Source: a virus
Taxonomy: Duplodnaviria; Caudoviricetes
Reading direction: 5' to 3' (one strand)
Virus record (IMG/VR): IMGVR_UViG_3300044448_003299
Span: 1 to 24,144 of that record
DNA length: 24,144 nucleotides
Positions within the stretch are counted from its first letter, which is position 1, and the number at the start of each line of letters is the position of its first letter. A model generated the notes under the pieces. It was not told the DNA's origin and did not search any database. It worked only from the letters and a program-made list of their open reading frames with translations. Shown piece after piece: positions 1 through 7,233 of the stretch. The position numbers and the translations under genes are program-made.

Positions 1-54
1 GATAACCACTTCGGTAGAGGATTCTGATAGGTTTTTTATATTATACCATTTCAT
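1..54 (-). CDS. N-terminus (partial, runs off window) of probable ClpP-type prohead protease
   Basis: Not in ORF track. ATG at 54-52 reads MKWYNIKNLSESSTEVVI..., open to base 1. This resembles the W-Y-x-I-x-N...E-V/I-x-I(YDEIG) start of phage ClpP-like head maturation proteases. Preceded by a TATAATTG promoter-like element. Only 18 codons visible. Confidence 0.55.
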   Translation of the reverse strand, partial: MKWYNIKNLSESSTEVVI

Positions 55-74
55 AAGCGGTGGGTTTTAAAATG

Positions 75-106
75 CAATTATACAATAAATGGAACTCTTT
101 TACAGG
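75..106 (-). promoter_or_regulatory. Bacteroidota-type promoter for the leftward (head) genes
   Basis: Minus strand TATAATTG(C) at 82-75, one mismatch from TAnnTTTG. The -33 element at 20-nt spacing is weak (CCTG, 106-103). Confidence 0.5.
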
Positions 107-130
107 AAATTTGTGGAATAAACAGGAAAT
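102..130. repeat. Direct repeat ACAGGAAAT x2 (20-bp period) in the divergent control region
   Basis: ACAGGAAAT at 102-110 and 122-130, with TGTGGAATA (112-120) between the copies. Confidence 0.7.
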
Positions 131-163
131 GTTTGTAGATTTTTGTAAATTTGTTGAAAAAAA

Positions 164-195
164 TTTGGAATTGTCAATAATTATTCGTTTTATTG
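164..195 (+). promoter_or_regulatory. Candidate promoter of the replication operon
   Basis: TTTG (164-167)-N20-TTTTATTG (188-195), a degenerate match to TTTG-N19-21-TAnnTTTG, 23 nt before the first ATG. Confidence 0.35.
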
Positions 196-218
196 TATTC
201 TAATTCAAAATTATTTAT

Positions 219-368
219 ATGTCAAAACAAACAAAAGAAAATCCTGAACCAACATACTTAGATAGGTTGTTGGAGTTAGGTGTGATGTGGGGAGTATCTC
301 ACGATTCATTAAAAGAAGTAATCAACGAAATGTATAATATAAAAGAGAAACAAAATGGAGGAAACTAA
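219..368 (+). CDS. Small hypothetical protein, 49 aa (first gene of operon)
   Basis: Below ORF-track cutoff: MSKQTKENPEPTYLDRLLELGVMWGVSHDSLKEVINEMYNIKEKQNGGN*. AT-rich leader; overlaps next gene by 14 nt. Confidence 0.65.
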   Translation: MSKQTKENPEPTYLDRLLELGVMWGVSHDSLKEVINEMYNIKEKQNGGN

Positions 369-738
369 AAAAGACATTTTAAGAAGATTATTTGTGCAAA
401 ACAATTTGGTAAAAGAGGATGTATTTAAACATCAACACTTTACAATCATCACAAGAGCAGGTATTGATAAAATACAGGCTGCTAACAGCATACAAATCAA
501 ATATGATTTAGTAAACCTTTCACCTGACCATTCTCATTGTTTAATAAAAGCAACAGGAATTATGGGTGATACTACTATTGAAACATTTGGTGAAGCAAGT
601 CCTAAAAACACTAACAATTCTTATGTGTGTTCAATGGCAGAAAAAAGGGCTATGAGCCGTTGTGTTTTAAAGTTAGCAGGTTTTTATCAACACGGAATCT
701 TCTCAGAAGATGAGTCTGATGATTTCAAAAACAAATAA
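355..738 (+). CDS. Putative ssDNA-annealing recombination protein (Rad52/Sak-like)
   Basis: FGEAS...MAEKRAMSRCVLKLAG...IFSEDE pattern resembles the phage SSAP core. Located upstream of the SSB-like and replication genes. Confidence 0.5.
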   Translation: MEETKKDILRRLFVQNNLVKEDVFKHQHFTIITRAGIDKIQAANSIQIKYDLVNLSPDHSHCLIKATGIMGDTTIETFGEASPKNTNNSYVCSMAEKRAMSRCVLKLAGFYQHGIFSEDESDDFKNK

Positions 739-739
739 T

Positions 740-979
740 ATGAGTGCAAAGAAAGATTGGATTGATGATGTTTTAGATGATGAACCTATTGCTTGGTGGC
801 AAATATCTAAAATAGAGGGTTTATGTCAGACATCATCAGTCGGATCTAATTATGCCAACTTAAAATTAGAAGAATTAACTTACGAACAAGCAAACGAAAT
901 AATTTATGACCTCAAAGAAAACGATAATCCAAGGGACTGTAGGGATCAGTTTTACAAAGCACTTAAAAGATACAAGTGA
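740..979 (+). CDS. Hypothetical protein, 79 aa
   Basis: Start moved from 710 to ATG 740, 1 nt after the upstream TAA (736-738). Confidence 0.75.
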   Translation: MSAKKDWIDDVLDDEPIAWWQISKIEGLCQTSSVGSNYANLKLEELTYEQANEIIYDLKENDNPRDCRDQFYKALKRYK

Positions 980-1397
980 TTTAAAAAAAGTACACAGAGT
1001 TCTAAATTTAATGACAAGTAATATATTAAATTGGAAAAGTGGCTCTTTAAGAATAGAAAAGTATATAGAGTTTTATAAAATGATACCTGAAGAACTTTGG
1101 AGTGAAACACCTATATTTTATTACAGAAAAGAAAAGTTTGATGGTATGGGTTTTTTGGGCGAAAGTCCACACAAGTTTAATGTTCCATCTAAAACATTAT
1201 CAATGTATTTTCAAGAAATTTTAGGCTATCCTGCAGTTAGAGTGTGTGACAATGATATAGAAGAATTTATGTGTATTAAAAGTCCAAAAAAACGATTTAT
1301 AGCAGCATTAAATAAAATTAAAGAAAATTCAACAACAACAAGAATGTCTAACATTTTTAACAAAGCAAAGGAGATTTACAATGAAAGATACTATTAA
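906..1397 (+). CDS. Hypothetical protein, up to 163 aa
   Basis: Fills the operon gap. Start uncertain: 906 overlaps the upstream gene by 74 nt; alternative ATG at 1011. Confidence 0.7.
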   Translation: MTSKKTIIQGTVGISFTKHLKDTSDLKKVHRVLNLMTSNILNWKSGSLRIEKYIEFYKMIPEELWSETPIFYYRKEKFDGMGFLGESPHKFNVPSKTLSMYFQEILGYPAVRVCDNDIEEFMCIKSPKKRFIAALNKIKENSTTTRMSNIFNKAKEIYNERYY

Positions 1398-1791
1398 AGA
1401 CAATAAAATAAATTTACTTTTTGATGTTACAGAAGCCTTAACAGGAATAAGTAGAAAATCAATAGTCGGTAAAAAAAGAAATAAAGAATTTATACTTCCT
1501 AGACATATAGTAGGATATATGTTACACAAAGAACTTGACATAACAATTATGGAAAGTGGTAAATTAATAGGAAGAGATCATTCTACCGTTCACCATTACT
1601 GCAAAAATTATGATGATAATATGAAATTTTATAAAGAGTTTAGAGAATTATATAAACTTATATCAGAGTCTTATTGGAGTCAAATAATGGAAGCAGATGT
1701 AAAAGACTTGTCATTAGAATTAAAACAACTTCAAAATCTAATTGACATTTTAAATGAAAAGAAGAAAAAATTATTAACAATAACTAACTAA
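1381..1791 (+). CDS. Stand-alone DnaA C-terminal (domain IV) HTH protein with coiled-coil tail
   Basis: GKKRNKEFILPRHIVGYML...ESGKLIGRDHSTVHHYC aligns with the DnaA domain IV signature (basic loop R, PRQIAMYL, GRDHTTVLHA). No AAA+ domain. C-terminal Leu heptads. Confidence 0.85.
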   Translation: MKDTIKDNKINLLFDVTEALTGISRKSIVGKKRNKEFILPRHIVGYMLHKELDITIMESGKLIGRDHSTVHHYCKNYDDNMKFYKEFRELYKLISESYWSQIMEADVKDLSLELKQLQNLIDILNEKKKKLLTITN

Positions 1792-1801
1792 ATTTTAAAT
1801 T

Positions 1802-2080
1802 ATGACAGATACTAAGTATTTAAACGGAATCCTTATTAAGGAAAGAACATTTGACAACGGAGGTTCTCAAATGAAAATAAGTATTAAAACTGAAGATTTT
1901 ATCAACGAACTAAAAGAAGTTGATGAAAATGGATGGTGTAACCTTATTATGAATAGGAGACAAACTCCATCTGATAAAGGTGTTACACATTATATTAAAG
2001 TAGATACCTGGAAACCTGATCCTAACAAGGCTGCAGCTCCTGTTTCTAACTCTAATGATAAAGATGATTTACCATTTTAA
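1802..2080 (+). CDS. Putative single-stranded DNA-binding protein
   Basis: Small beta-rich protein with a flexible linker and acidic DKDDLPF C-terminus typical of SSB tails. Confidence 0.65.
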   Translation: MTDTKYLNGILIKERTFDNGGSQMKISIKTEDFINELKEVDENGWCNLIMNRRQTPSDKGVTHYIKVDTWKPDPNKAAAPVSNSNDKDDLPF

Positions 2081-2095
2081 TACATCCCATTTTAA

Positions 2096-2133
2096 TGGTA
2101 AGGTTGATGCAGGGTGAAAGCCCTGCTCTTCCA
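2096..2133 (+). other. GC-rich stem-loop with GAAA tetraloop between ssb-like and initiator genes
   Basis: GCAGGGT-GAAA-GCCCTGC at 2109-2126, extendable by TGGTAAGG/TCTTCCA. No true U-tract. Confidence 0.7.
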
Positions 2134-2147
2134 AAACAAACAAGCAA

Positions 2148-2750
2148 ATGAAAAGAAAATTTAAAGGTATATGGATTCCAAACTATGTTTGGCTTTCAAA
2201 AGATTTAACATTACAAGAAAAGGTATTTCTAGTGGAAATAGACTCCTTGGATAACAATGGGGGTTGTTATGCGAGTAATGCCTATTTTGGAAAGTTCTTT
2301 GGACTTTCTACCACTAGAGTATCTCTTGTAATTAAATCACTTATAGATAAAGGTTATGTTACATCAAACATAAAGCAAGAAGAGGGTAATAAACGATTAT
2401 TAAACACCTCTTTAACAAAAGTTAAAAACCCTATACAACAAAAGTTAAAACATAATAATAAAGATAATAATAAAGATAATAAAGAAAAGGTTGTTTTGTT
2501 TGAAACTTTTTGGAAATTATATCAAAAACCTATAGGTAAAAAATCAGCAAAAGAGAAGTTTTTAAAACTATCTATTGAAGATTGTAATAAATGTATTAAG
2601 GTTACCCCTATATATATTCAAAACACTCCTGATAAGAAGTTTAGAAAACACGCAGTTACTTGGTTAAATCAAGAATGTTTTAATGATGAATATGATAATA
2701 ATAATAATCAAGGCATATCAGATGGTAATTTAAAAGGTATGATACTATGA
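2148..2750 (+). CDS. Phage replication initiator (N-terminal winged HTH, conserved C-terminal domain)
   Basis: FKGIWIP...LTLQEK...CYASNAYF...VIKSLIDKGYV HTH; low-complexity linker carrying iterons; C-terminal FETFWKLY.K..GKKSA...KHAVTWLNQECFND motif. Confidence 0.85.
   Translation: MKRKFKGIWIPNYVWLSKDLTLQEKVFLVEIDSLDNNGGCYASNAYFGKFFGLSTTRVSLVIKSLIDKGYVTSNIKQEEGNKRLLNTSLTKVKNPIQQKLKHNNKDNNKDNKEKVVLFETFWKLYQKPIGKKSAKEKFLKLSIEDCNKCIKVTPIYIQNTPDKKFRKHAVTWLNQECFNDEYDNNNNQGISDGNLKGMIL
2407..2484. repeat. Iteron-like repeats plus AT-rich tandem repeat (probable replication origin)
   Basis: AACAAAAGTTAAAA at 2414-2427 and 2437-2450 (23-bp period, different reading frames). Followed by ATAATAATAAAG x2 (2452-2475) and ATAATAAAG (2476-2484). 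Confidence 0.7.
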
Positions 2751-4447
2751 GTTCTTTTTATCAATATGGCATAGAGATAAAACAATCAAGAGGACAAACT
2801 AAAACAAAGTGTCCAAAATGTTCTCATGATCGTAAAAAGAAATCAGAACCCTGTTTGTCAGTTAACATTGATGAGGGTATATGGAATTGTCACAACTGTG
2901 GTTGGGCTGGAGCATTAAAAAAGTATAATTATATGGCAGAAATAAAATACATAAAACCTAAACCAAAAGTAACATCATCAACTTATACAAAAGAGTTTTT
3001 GAGTTATTTTAAAGAAAGAGGTATATCAGAAAAAACATTATTAGCAAATAAAGTTTCTGAGGGAAAAGAATATATGCCACAATGTGAAAGAGAACGAAAT
3101 ACAATACAGTTTAATTATTATAGAAATAATGAGTTAATAAACATCAAATATAGAGATGGAGATAAAAACTTTAAATTAGTTAAAGATGCAGAAAGAATAC
3201 TTTATGGATTAGATGATATAATTGGGGAAAAAGAAATTGTAATAGTTGAGGGAGAATTAGATAAATTATCTTTTTATGAAGCAGGAATTAAAAATTGTGT
3301 TTCAGTTCCTAATGGGGCATCTAATTTAAAATTAGAATACTTAAAAGACTTACAAGAGGATTTAGAAAAGGTTTATATAGCAGTAGATGTTGATGAGCCA
3401 GGAATGAAATTAAGTGAAGAGTTATCAAGAAGAATAGGTAGAGATATTTGTTATAGAGTAGAGTTTGATGGATATAAAGATTCTAATGATTTATTAAGTA
3501 ATAAAGGTTCAGATTGTTTAAAAGATATATTATCTAAAGCAAAACCATATCCACTAGAGGGGGTTATTGATGTTAACCTTTTTAATAAAGATATAGATAT
3601 TTTATTTAATGAGGGTTTAAAAAGAGGTGATTTAACAGGGCATCAAGACTTTGATAAACTGTTTTCTTTTTCAACATCTCAATTAACTGTTATAACAGGA
3701 GTACCAACTCACGGTAAAAGTAATTGGTTAGAACATATTTGTATGAGATTATCTGCTCAACACGGATGGAATTTTGGTGTATTTTCACCTGAACATTACC
3801 CTTTACAATTACATTTCTCTGTATTAGCAGAAAAGTTTGTTGGAAAGTCTTTTAGAAAAGATACATTATATGATAGAATGAGTAGAGGTGAATTAGAATA
3901 TGCCAAAAGATTTATCTCAAATCATTATCATTGGATTAGGCCTGATGGAGATGTTTTTACTATTGATGAGATATTAAAAGCCGCAGCAGGGTTAGTTAAA
4001 AGATATGGTATAAAAGGATTAATTATTGATCCTTATAATAAAATACACGCAAGTTTTAATGGACAAAGTGAAACACAATATATAAATGAGTTTTTAACTA
4101 AACTAACTATATTTAAACAAAAATATGATTTACATATATTTCTTGTAGCACACCCAAGAAAAATGAGTAAAAAAGATAATGGGTTATATGAAGTTCCTAC
4201 TTTATATGATATTGCAGGTTCTGCTAATTTTTATAATCAAGTTGATAATGGTATAACTGTTTATAGAGATTTTCAAACAGGCAATAGTCACATATATGTT
4301 CAAAAAGTTAAATTTAGACATATAGGTGAAATAGGAGAATCTGTTTTTAAATATAATATACAAAACGGAAGATATAATCAATTAGAAGAGGAGCAAGACT
4401 TCTCAATGTATTTAAAAGAAAGTATTAATCAATTAAAAATAATTTAA
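2747..4447 (+). CDS. Bifunctional DNA primase-helicase (T7 gp4/Twinkle-like)
   Basis: Zn finger CPKC...CHNC; TOPRIM motifs VEGELD, DVD, KDSND; SF4 helicase Walker A GVPTHGKS, IIDPYN, VAHPRK, IAGSANF. ATGA overlap with the initiator. Confidence 0.95.
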   Translation: MSSFYQYGIEIKQSRGQTKTKCPKCSHDRKKKSEPCLSVNIDEGIWNCHNCGWAGALKKYNYMAEIKYIKPKPKVTSSTYTKEFLSYFKERGISEKTLLANKVSEGKEYMPQCERERNTIQFNYYRNNELINIKYRDGDKNFKLVKDAERILYGLDDIIGEKEIVIVEGELDKLSFYEAGIKNCVSVPNGASNLKLEYLKDLQEDLEKVYIAVDVDEPGMKLSEELSRRIGRDICYRVEFDGYKDSNDLLSNKGSDCLKDILSKAKPYPLEGVIDVNLFNKDIDILFNEGLKRGDLTGHQDFDKLFSFSTSQLTVITGVPTHGKSNWLEHICMRLSAQHGWNFGVFSPEHYPLQLHFSVLAEKFVGKSFRKDTLYDRMSRGELEYAKRFISNHYHWIRPDGDVFTIDEILKAAAGLVKRYGIKGLIIDPYNKIHASFNGQSETQYINEFLTKLTIFKQKYDLHIFLVAHPRKMSKKDNGLYEVPTLYDIAGSANFYNQVDNGITVYRDFQTGNSHIYVQKVKFRHIGEIGESVFKYNIQNGRYNQLEEEQDFSMYLKESINQLKII

Positions 4448-4449
4448 TT

Positions 4450-4788
4450 ATGGCAAAACAAGATGCAATTATGAATAACACATTTGACACAAGTTCAACA
4501 GACGCATACGAATTTGATTGTGTTGATGGTGTTAATTACAATCAAGATACAGAGTGTTTACCTAAAAAAGATATAGTAGATATAGATATACCTGACTATT
4601 ATATAGGTAGTAAATATAAATATGAAGCACGGAAAGTTGTGGAGGATTTTGAATTATCTTATAATATAGGTACTGCTGTAACTTATTTGTTAAGAGCAAA
4701 AAGAAAACATAATACTCCAAATGAATGTATTATAAAGGCTATGGCTCATTTAAAATTTGAATTAGAAAAACTTAAAAAAGATGAGTAG
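4450..4788 (+). CDS. DUF3310 (SaV-like) protein
   Basis: PDYY...EA..VVEDF.LSYNIGTAVTYLLRAKRKH....ECIIKAMAHL matches the DUF3310 pattern (P.HY...GN.IKY..R...K...EDL.KA..YL). Confidence 0.8.
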   Translation: MAKQDAIMNNTFDTSSTDAYEFDCVDGVNYNQDTECLPKKDIVDIDIPDYYIGSKYKYEARKVVEDFELSYNIGTAVTYLLRAKRKHNTPNECIIKAMAHLKFELEKLKKDE

Positions 4789-4867
4789 TTATATTGCTTA
4801 CTTTGTATTTTTTTTTATTAGTTCAATTTTTATAATTTGGTATTTTTATGATCAATTCAGAAATTAA
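4781..4867 (+). CDS. Putative single-pass membrane micropeptide, 28 aa
   Basis: Not in track: MSSYIAYFVFFFISSIFIIWYFYDQFRN*. Overlaps both neighbours and spans the 59-nt gap. Confidence 0.5.
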   Translation: MSSYIAYFVFFFISSIFIIWYFYDQFRN

Positions 4868-6119
4868 AATAGGAACAGATTTTTCAGGAATAGGTAGCCC
4901 TGAACAGGCTTTAATTAAACTTGGAGTAAAACATAAAAGTATGTTTGCTTGTGATTTTGATAAATATGCAAAACAAAGTTATTTAGCAAATTATTCACCA
5001 GAGATATTTTATGATGATGTTACAAAAAGAAATCATAAAGAAGCTCCTTATGTTGATTTATATGTTGCAGGGTTTCCTTGTCAAGCATTTTCTATTGCAG
5101 GTAATAGAGATGGTTTTGAAGATAGTAGAGGTACTTTGTTTTTTGACTTATTGCAATATCTTAAAGCAAAAAGGCCTAAATACTTTATATTAGAAAATGT
5201 AAGGGGTTTAACTAATCACGATAACGGACAAACATTTAAAGTTATAATAGATGCTTTAGCAAAAACAGTTAACAAAGAGGTTAGAGGTGGTTTATTTGCA
5301 GAACAACAAGTTCCTAATTTAGGTTATCATATTTATTATAAAATCTTAAATACAAGAGATTTTGGAATACCTCAAAATAGAGAAAGAATTTTTATTGTTG
5401 GATTTAGAGATGATAAACATTCTTTTAAATTTCCAAAAGAAATGCCTTTAAAAATAAAACTTAAAGACTTATTAGAAGAGAGAGAGGTTGATGAGAAATT
5501 TTATTTAAAAGATGAAACGGTAAAGAAGTTAATAGAATATACTAAAAGGAATAAAGAAAATGGAAATGGTTTTGGGGCTAAATTTCACGATATAGAAAAA
5601 GATGTTATGAGTAGCCTTAAAGTTGGTGGAACAGGAGCAGATGATTTAATTACTGTTCATAGTTTATATCCTAGAAGTGGTAATCCAAAGCAAGGAGGAA
5701 CAGGACATTTAAAGAAAAAAGATGGAACTACTTACTGTATAGATACAGGTAATTGTCAAGCAATAGAGGTTGATAGTAATAAAGATATTATTCAAATAGG
5801 CAATATAGTAGATACAGGTAATTTTGATAATCCTCAAAGAGGTAGAATATATAGTAAAGAGGGAATATCACCTGCTTTAAATACTTGTGGAGGTGGCGGA
5901 TTAGAACCTAAAATTGTTCATAAAAAAAGAATAAGAAGATTAACTCCTTTAGAGTGTTTAAGATTACAAGGCTTTCCTGATGACTTTTATTATAAATGTA
6001 AAGAAGAGGGTTTAAGTGACACACAACTTTATAAACAGGCAGGTAATAGTATGACTGTTGATGTAATGTATTATTTAATTAAACAAATTTTAAAAAATGA
6101 AGAAAACATTTCTGATTAA
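4848..6119 (+). CDS. DNA (cytosine-5)-methyltransferase, orphan, long variable region
   Basis: Motif I FSGIGS, IV GFPCQAFS, VI ENV, VIII QNRERIF, IX RRLTPLECLRLQGFP, X YKQAGNS. No restriction nuclease adjacent. Confidence 0.95.
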   Translation: MINSEIKIGTDFSGIGSPEQALIKLGVKHKSMFACDFDKYAKQSYLANYSPEIFYDDVTKRNHKEAPYVDLYVAGFPCQAFSIAGNRDGFEDSRGTLFFDLLQYLKAKRPKYFILENVRGLTNHDNGQTFKVIIDALAKTVNKEVRGGLFAEQQVPNLGYHIYYKILNTRDFGIPQNRERIFIVGFRDDKHSFKFPKEMPLKIKLKDLLEEREVDEKFYLKDETVKKLIEYTKRNKENGNGFGAKFHDIEKDVMSSLKVGGTGADDLITVHSLYPRSGNPKQGGTGHLKKKDGTTYCIDTGNCQAIEVDSNKDIIQIGNIVDTGNFDNPQRGRIYSKEGISPALNTCGGGGLEPKIVHKKRIRRLTPLECLRLQGFPDDFYYKCKEEGLSDTQLYKQAGNSMTVDVMYYLIKQILKNEENISD

Positions 6120-6459
6120 TCCTGTGGCAAAACCAAGAATGACTAGATCTGATAGGTGGAAAAAAAGGCCTTGTGTTATAAAGTATTGGGAGTATAAAGA
6201 TAAACTAAAAGAATTTTTAAATCTTTATGGACCAGAAATTGATGATGTTATTAAAGTGAAATTTGGCGTACCTATACCTAAGTCTTGGAGTAAAAAGAAA
6301 AAGCAGGAGATGCAGGAAAAACCGCATCAACAAAGGCCTGATGTAGATAATTTAGTAAAAGGTGTAATGGATTCTTTATTTCAAGAGGATTCACATATAC
6401 ATACTATAGAGGCTCAAAAGGTTTGGAGTGATGTTGGGTATATAGAATTTTATTATTAA
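6097..6459 (+). CDS. rusA: RusA-family Holliday junction resolvase
   Basis: PVAKPRMT, P+PKSWSKKK, RPDVDNLVKGVMDSL..EDS catalytic Asp pattern. Confidence 0.9.
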   Translation: MKKTFLINPVAKPRMTRSDRWKKRPCVIKYWEYKDKLKEFLNLYGPEIDDVIKVKFGVPIPKSWSKKKKQEMQEKPHQQRPDVDNLVKGVMDSLFQEDSHIHTIEAQKVWSDVGYIEFYY

Positions 6460-6770
6460 TCTATTATATTGCTTTTGGGGTGAAATCTATCTCTTTGTTT
6501 ATATACTATATTTTTTGCTTGTTTTTCTGATAAATTATATTTAACAGATAAATCAATAAAAGTGTTACCAACATGACCTTTGTTTTCTATTAAAAATTTA
6601 TCAAAATCTTGTATCATCATATAGTTTCTTAAAATCTTTGGTGGTATTATTCCCATTTGGGAAAAATGAAATATAATATCTTTTAATTGAAACTGCTCTC
6701 CAAATCTAGTGTTTAGTTTGTCATACAAAACATCTCTAAACTCTAAAACTACTTCTTTTCTATTAGCCAT
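6456..6770 (-). CDS. Hypothetical protein with C-terminal Mor/C-like HTH (possible late regulator)
   Basis: FIDLSVKYNLSEKQAKNIVYK resembles the Mor-family LA.KY.LS...IY.II helix-turn-helix. Confidence 0.55.
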   Translation of the reverse strand: MANRKEVVLEFRDVLYDKLNTRFGEQFQLKDIIFHFSQMGIIPPKILRNYMMIQDFDKFLIENKGHVGNTFIDLSVKYNLSEKQAKNIVYKQRDRFHPKSNIID

Positions 6771-7018
6771 TTGTCTATTTCTTTTTTAACACCTGCCATA
6801 TAATTTTTAGCACAAGAACCACAAGATGATTTAGTTCTATCAAATTTAGGAAAACCATTTCTGTTCCAAGTTTGTATTAATAGAATATAAGCATCTCTTT
6901 TAGCAACATCTCCTCTATGTCCACCATAACCTGATTCAGGCTGTTTCATAACTATATTGTAAAGCCTAATTATCTCGTCTTTAGTGTCTTGCTTTATTTC
7001 CATAATCCTTTTGGACAT
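6749..7018 (-). CDS. Hypothetical protein with CGSC (CxxC) motif
   Basis: Overlaps both neighbours. Start at 7018 or ATG 7003. Confidence 0.7.
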   Translation of the reverse strand: MSKRIMEIKQDTKDEIIRLYNIVMKQPESGYGGHRGDVAKRDAYILLIQTWNRNGFPKFDRTKSSCGSCAKNYMAGVKKEIDKWLIEKK

Positions 7019-7230
7019 TCTATATAGAACTCATCTATTCTGGCTTTAACATTTAAAAAACAACCACACACTCCGCATTTTTCTAAAGGTTTGATACCTA
7101 AAGGTTTTTTATATGAGTGGCATATATTTTTTCTACACATAGCCATTCTTTTATTAAAAACTTTATCTGATGCTTTTTTAACTCCCCCTCCTATTATTAA
7201 ATCCCAAAATAATCTACATAATGTTTTCAT
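6994..7230 (-). CDS. Small Cys-rich metal-binding protein (DUF6171-like), 78 aa
   Basis: R...C-x4-C...C-x2-C-G-C-F...K.......CP.G.W pattern. Start reassigned from TTG 7236 to ATG 7230. Confidence 0.7.
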   Translation of the reverse strand: MKTLCRLFWDLIIGGGVKKASDKVFNKRMAMCRKNICHSYKKPLGIKPLEKCGVCGCFLNVKARIDEFYIECPKGLWK

Positions 7231-7233
7231 ACG

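Noticed and set aside
1329-1541. Minus-strand 70-aa ORF
   Set aside because: Antisense shadow of the well-supported DnaA-IV gene and its neighbour.
2081-2135. Possible tRNA gene
   Set aside because: No cloverleaf, anticodon arm or TTC T-loop; kept only as a hairpin.
5011-5193. 60-aa alternate-frame ORF in the methyltransferase
   Set aside because: Nested over catalytic motif IV; composition typical of an off-frame read.
4848-6459. Methyltransferase plus adjacent nuclease as a restriction-modification system
   Set aside because: The nuclease has RusA resolvase motifs, not those of a restriction enzyme.
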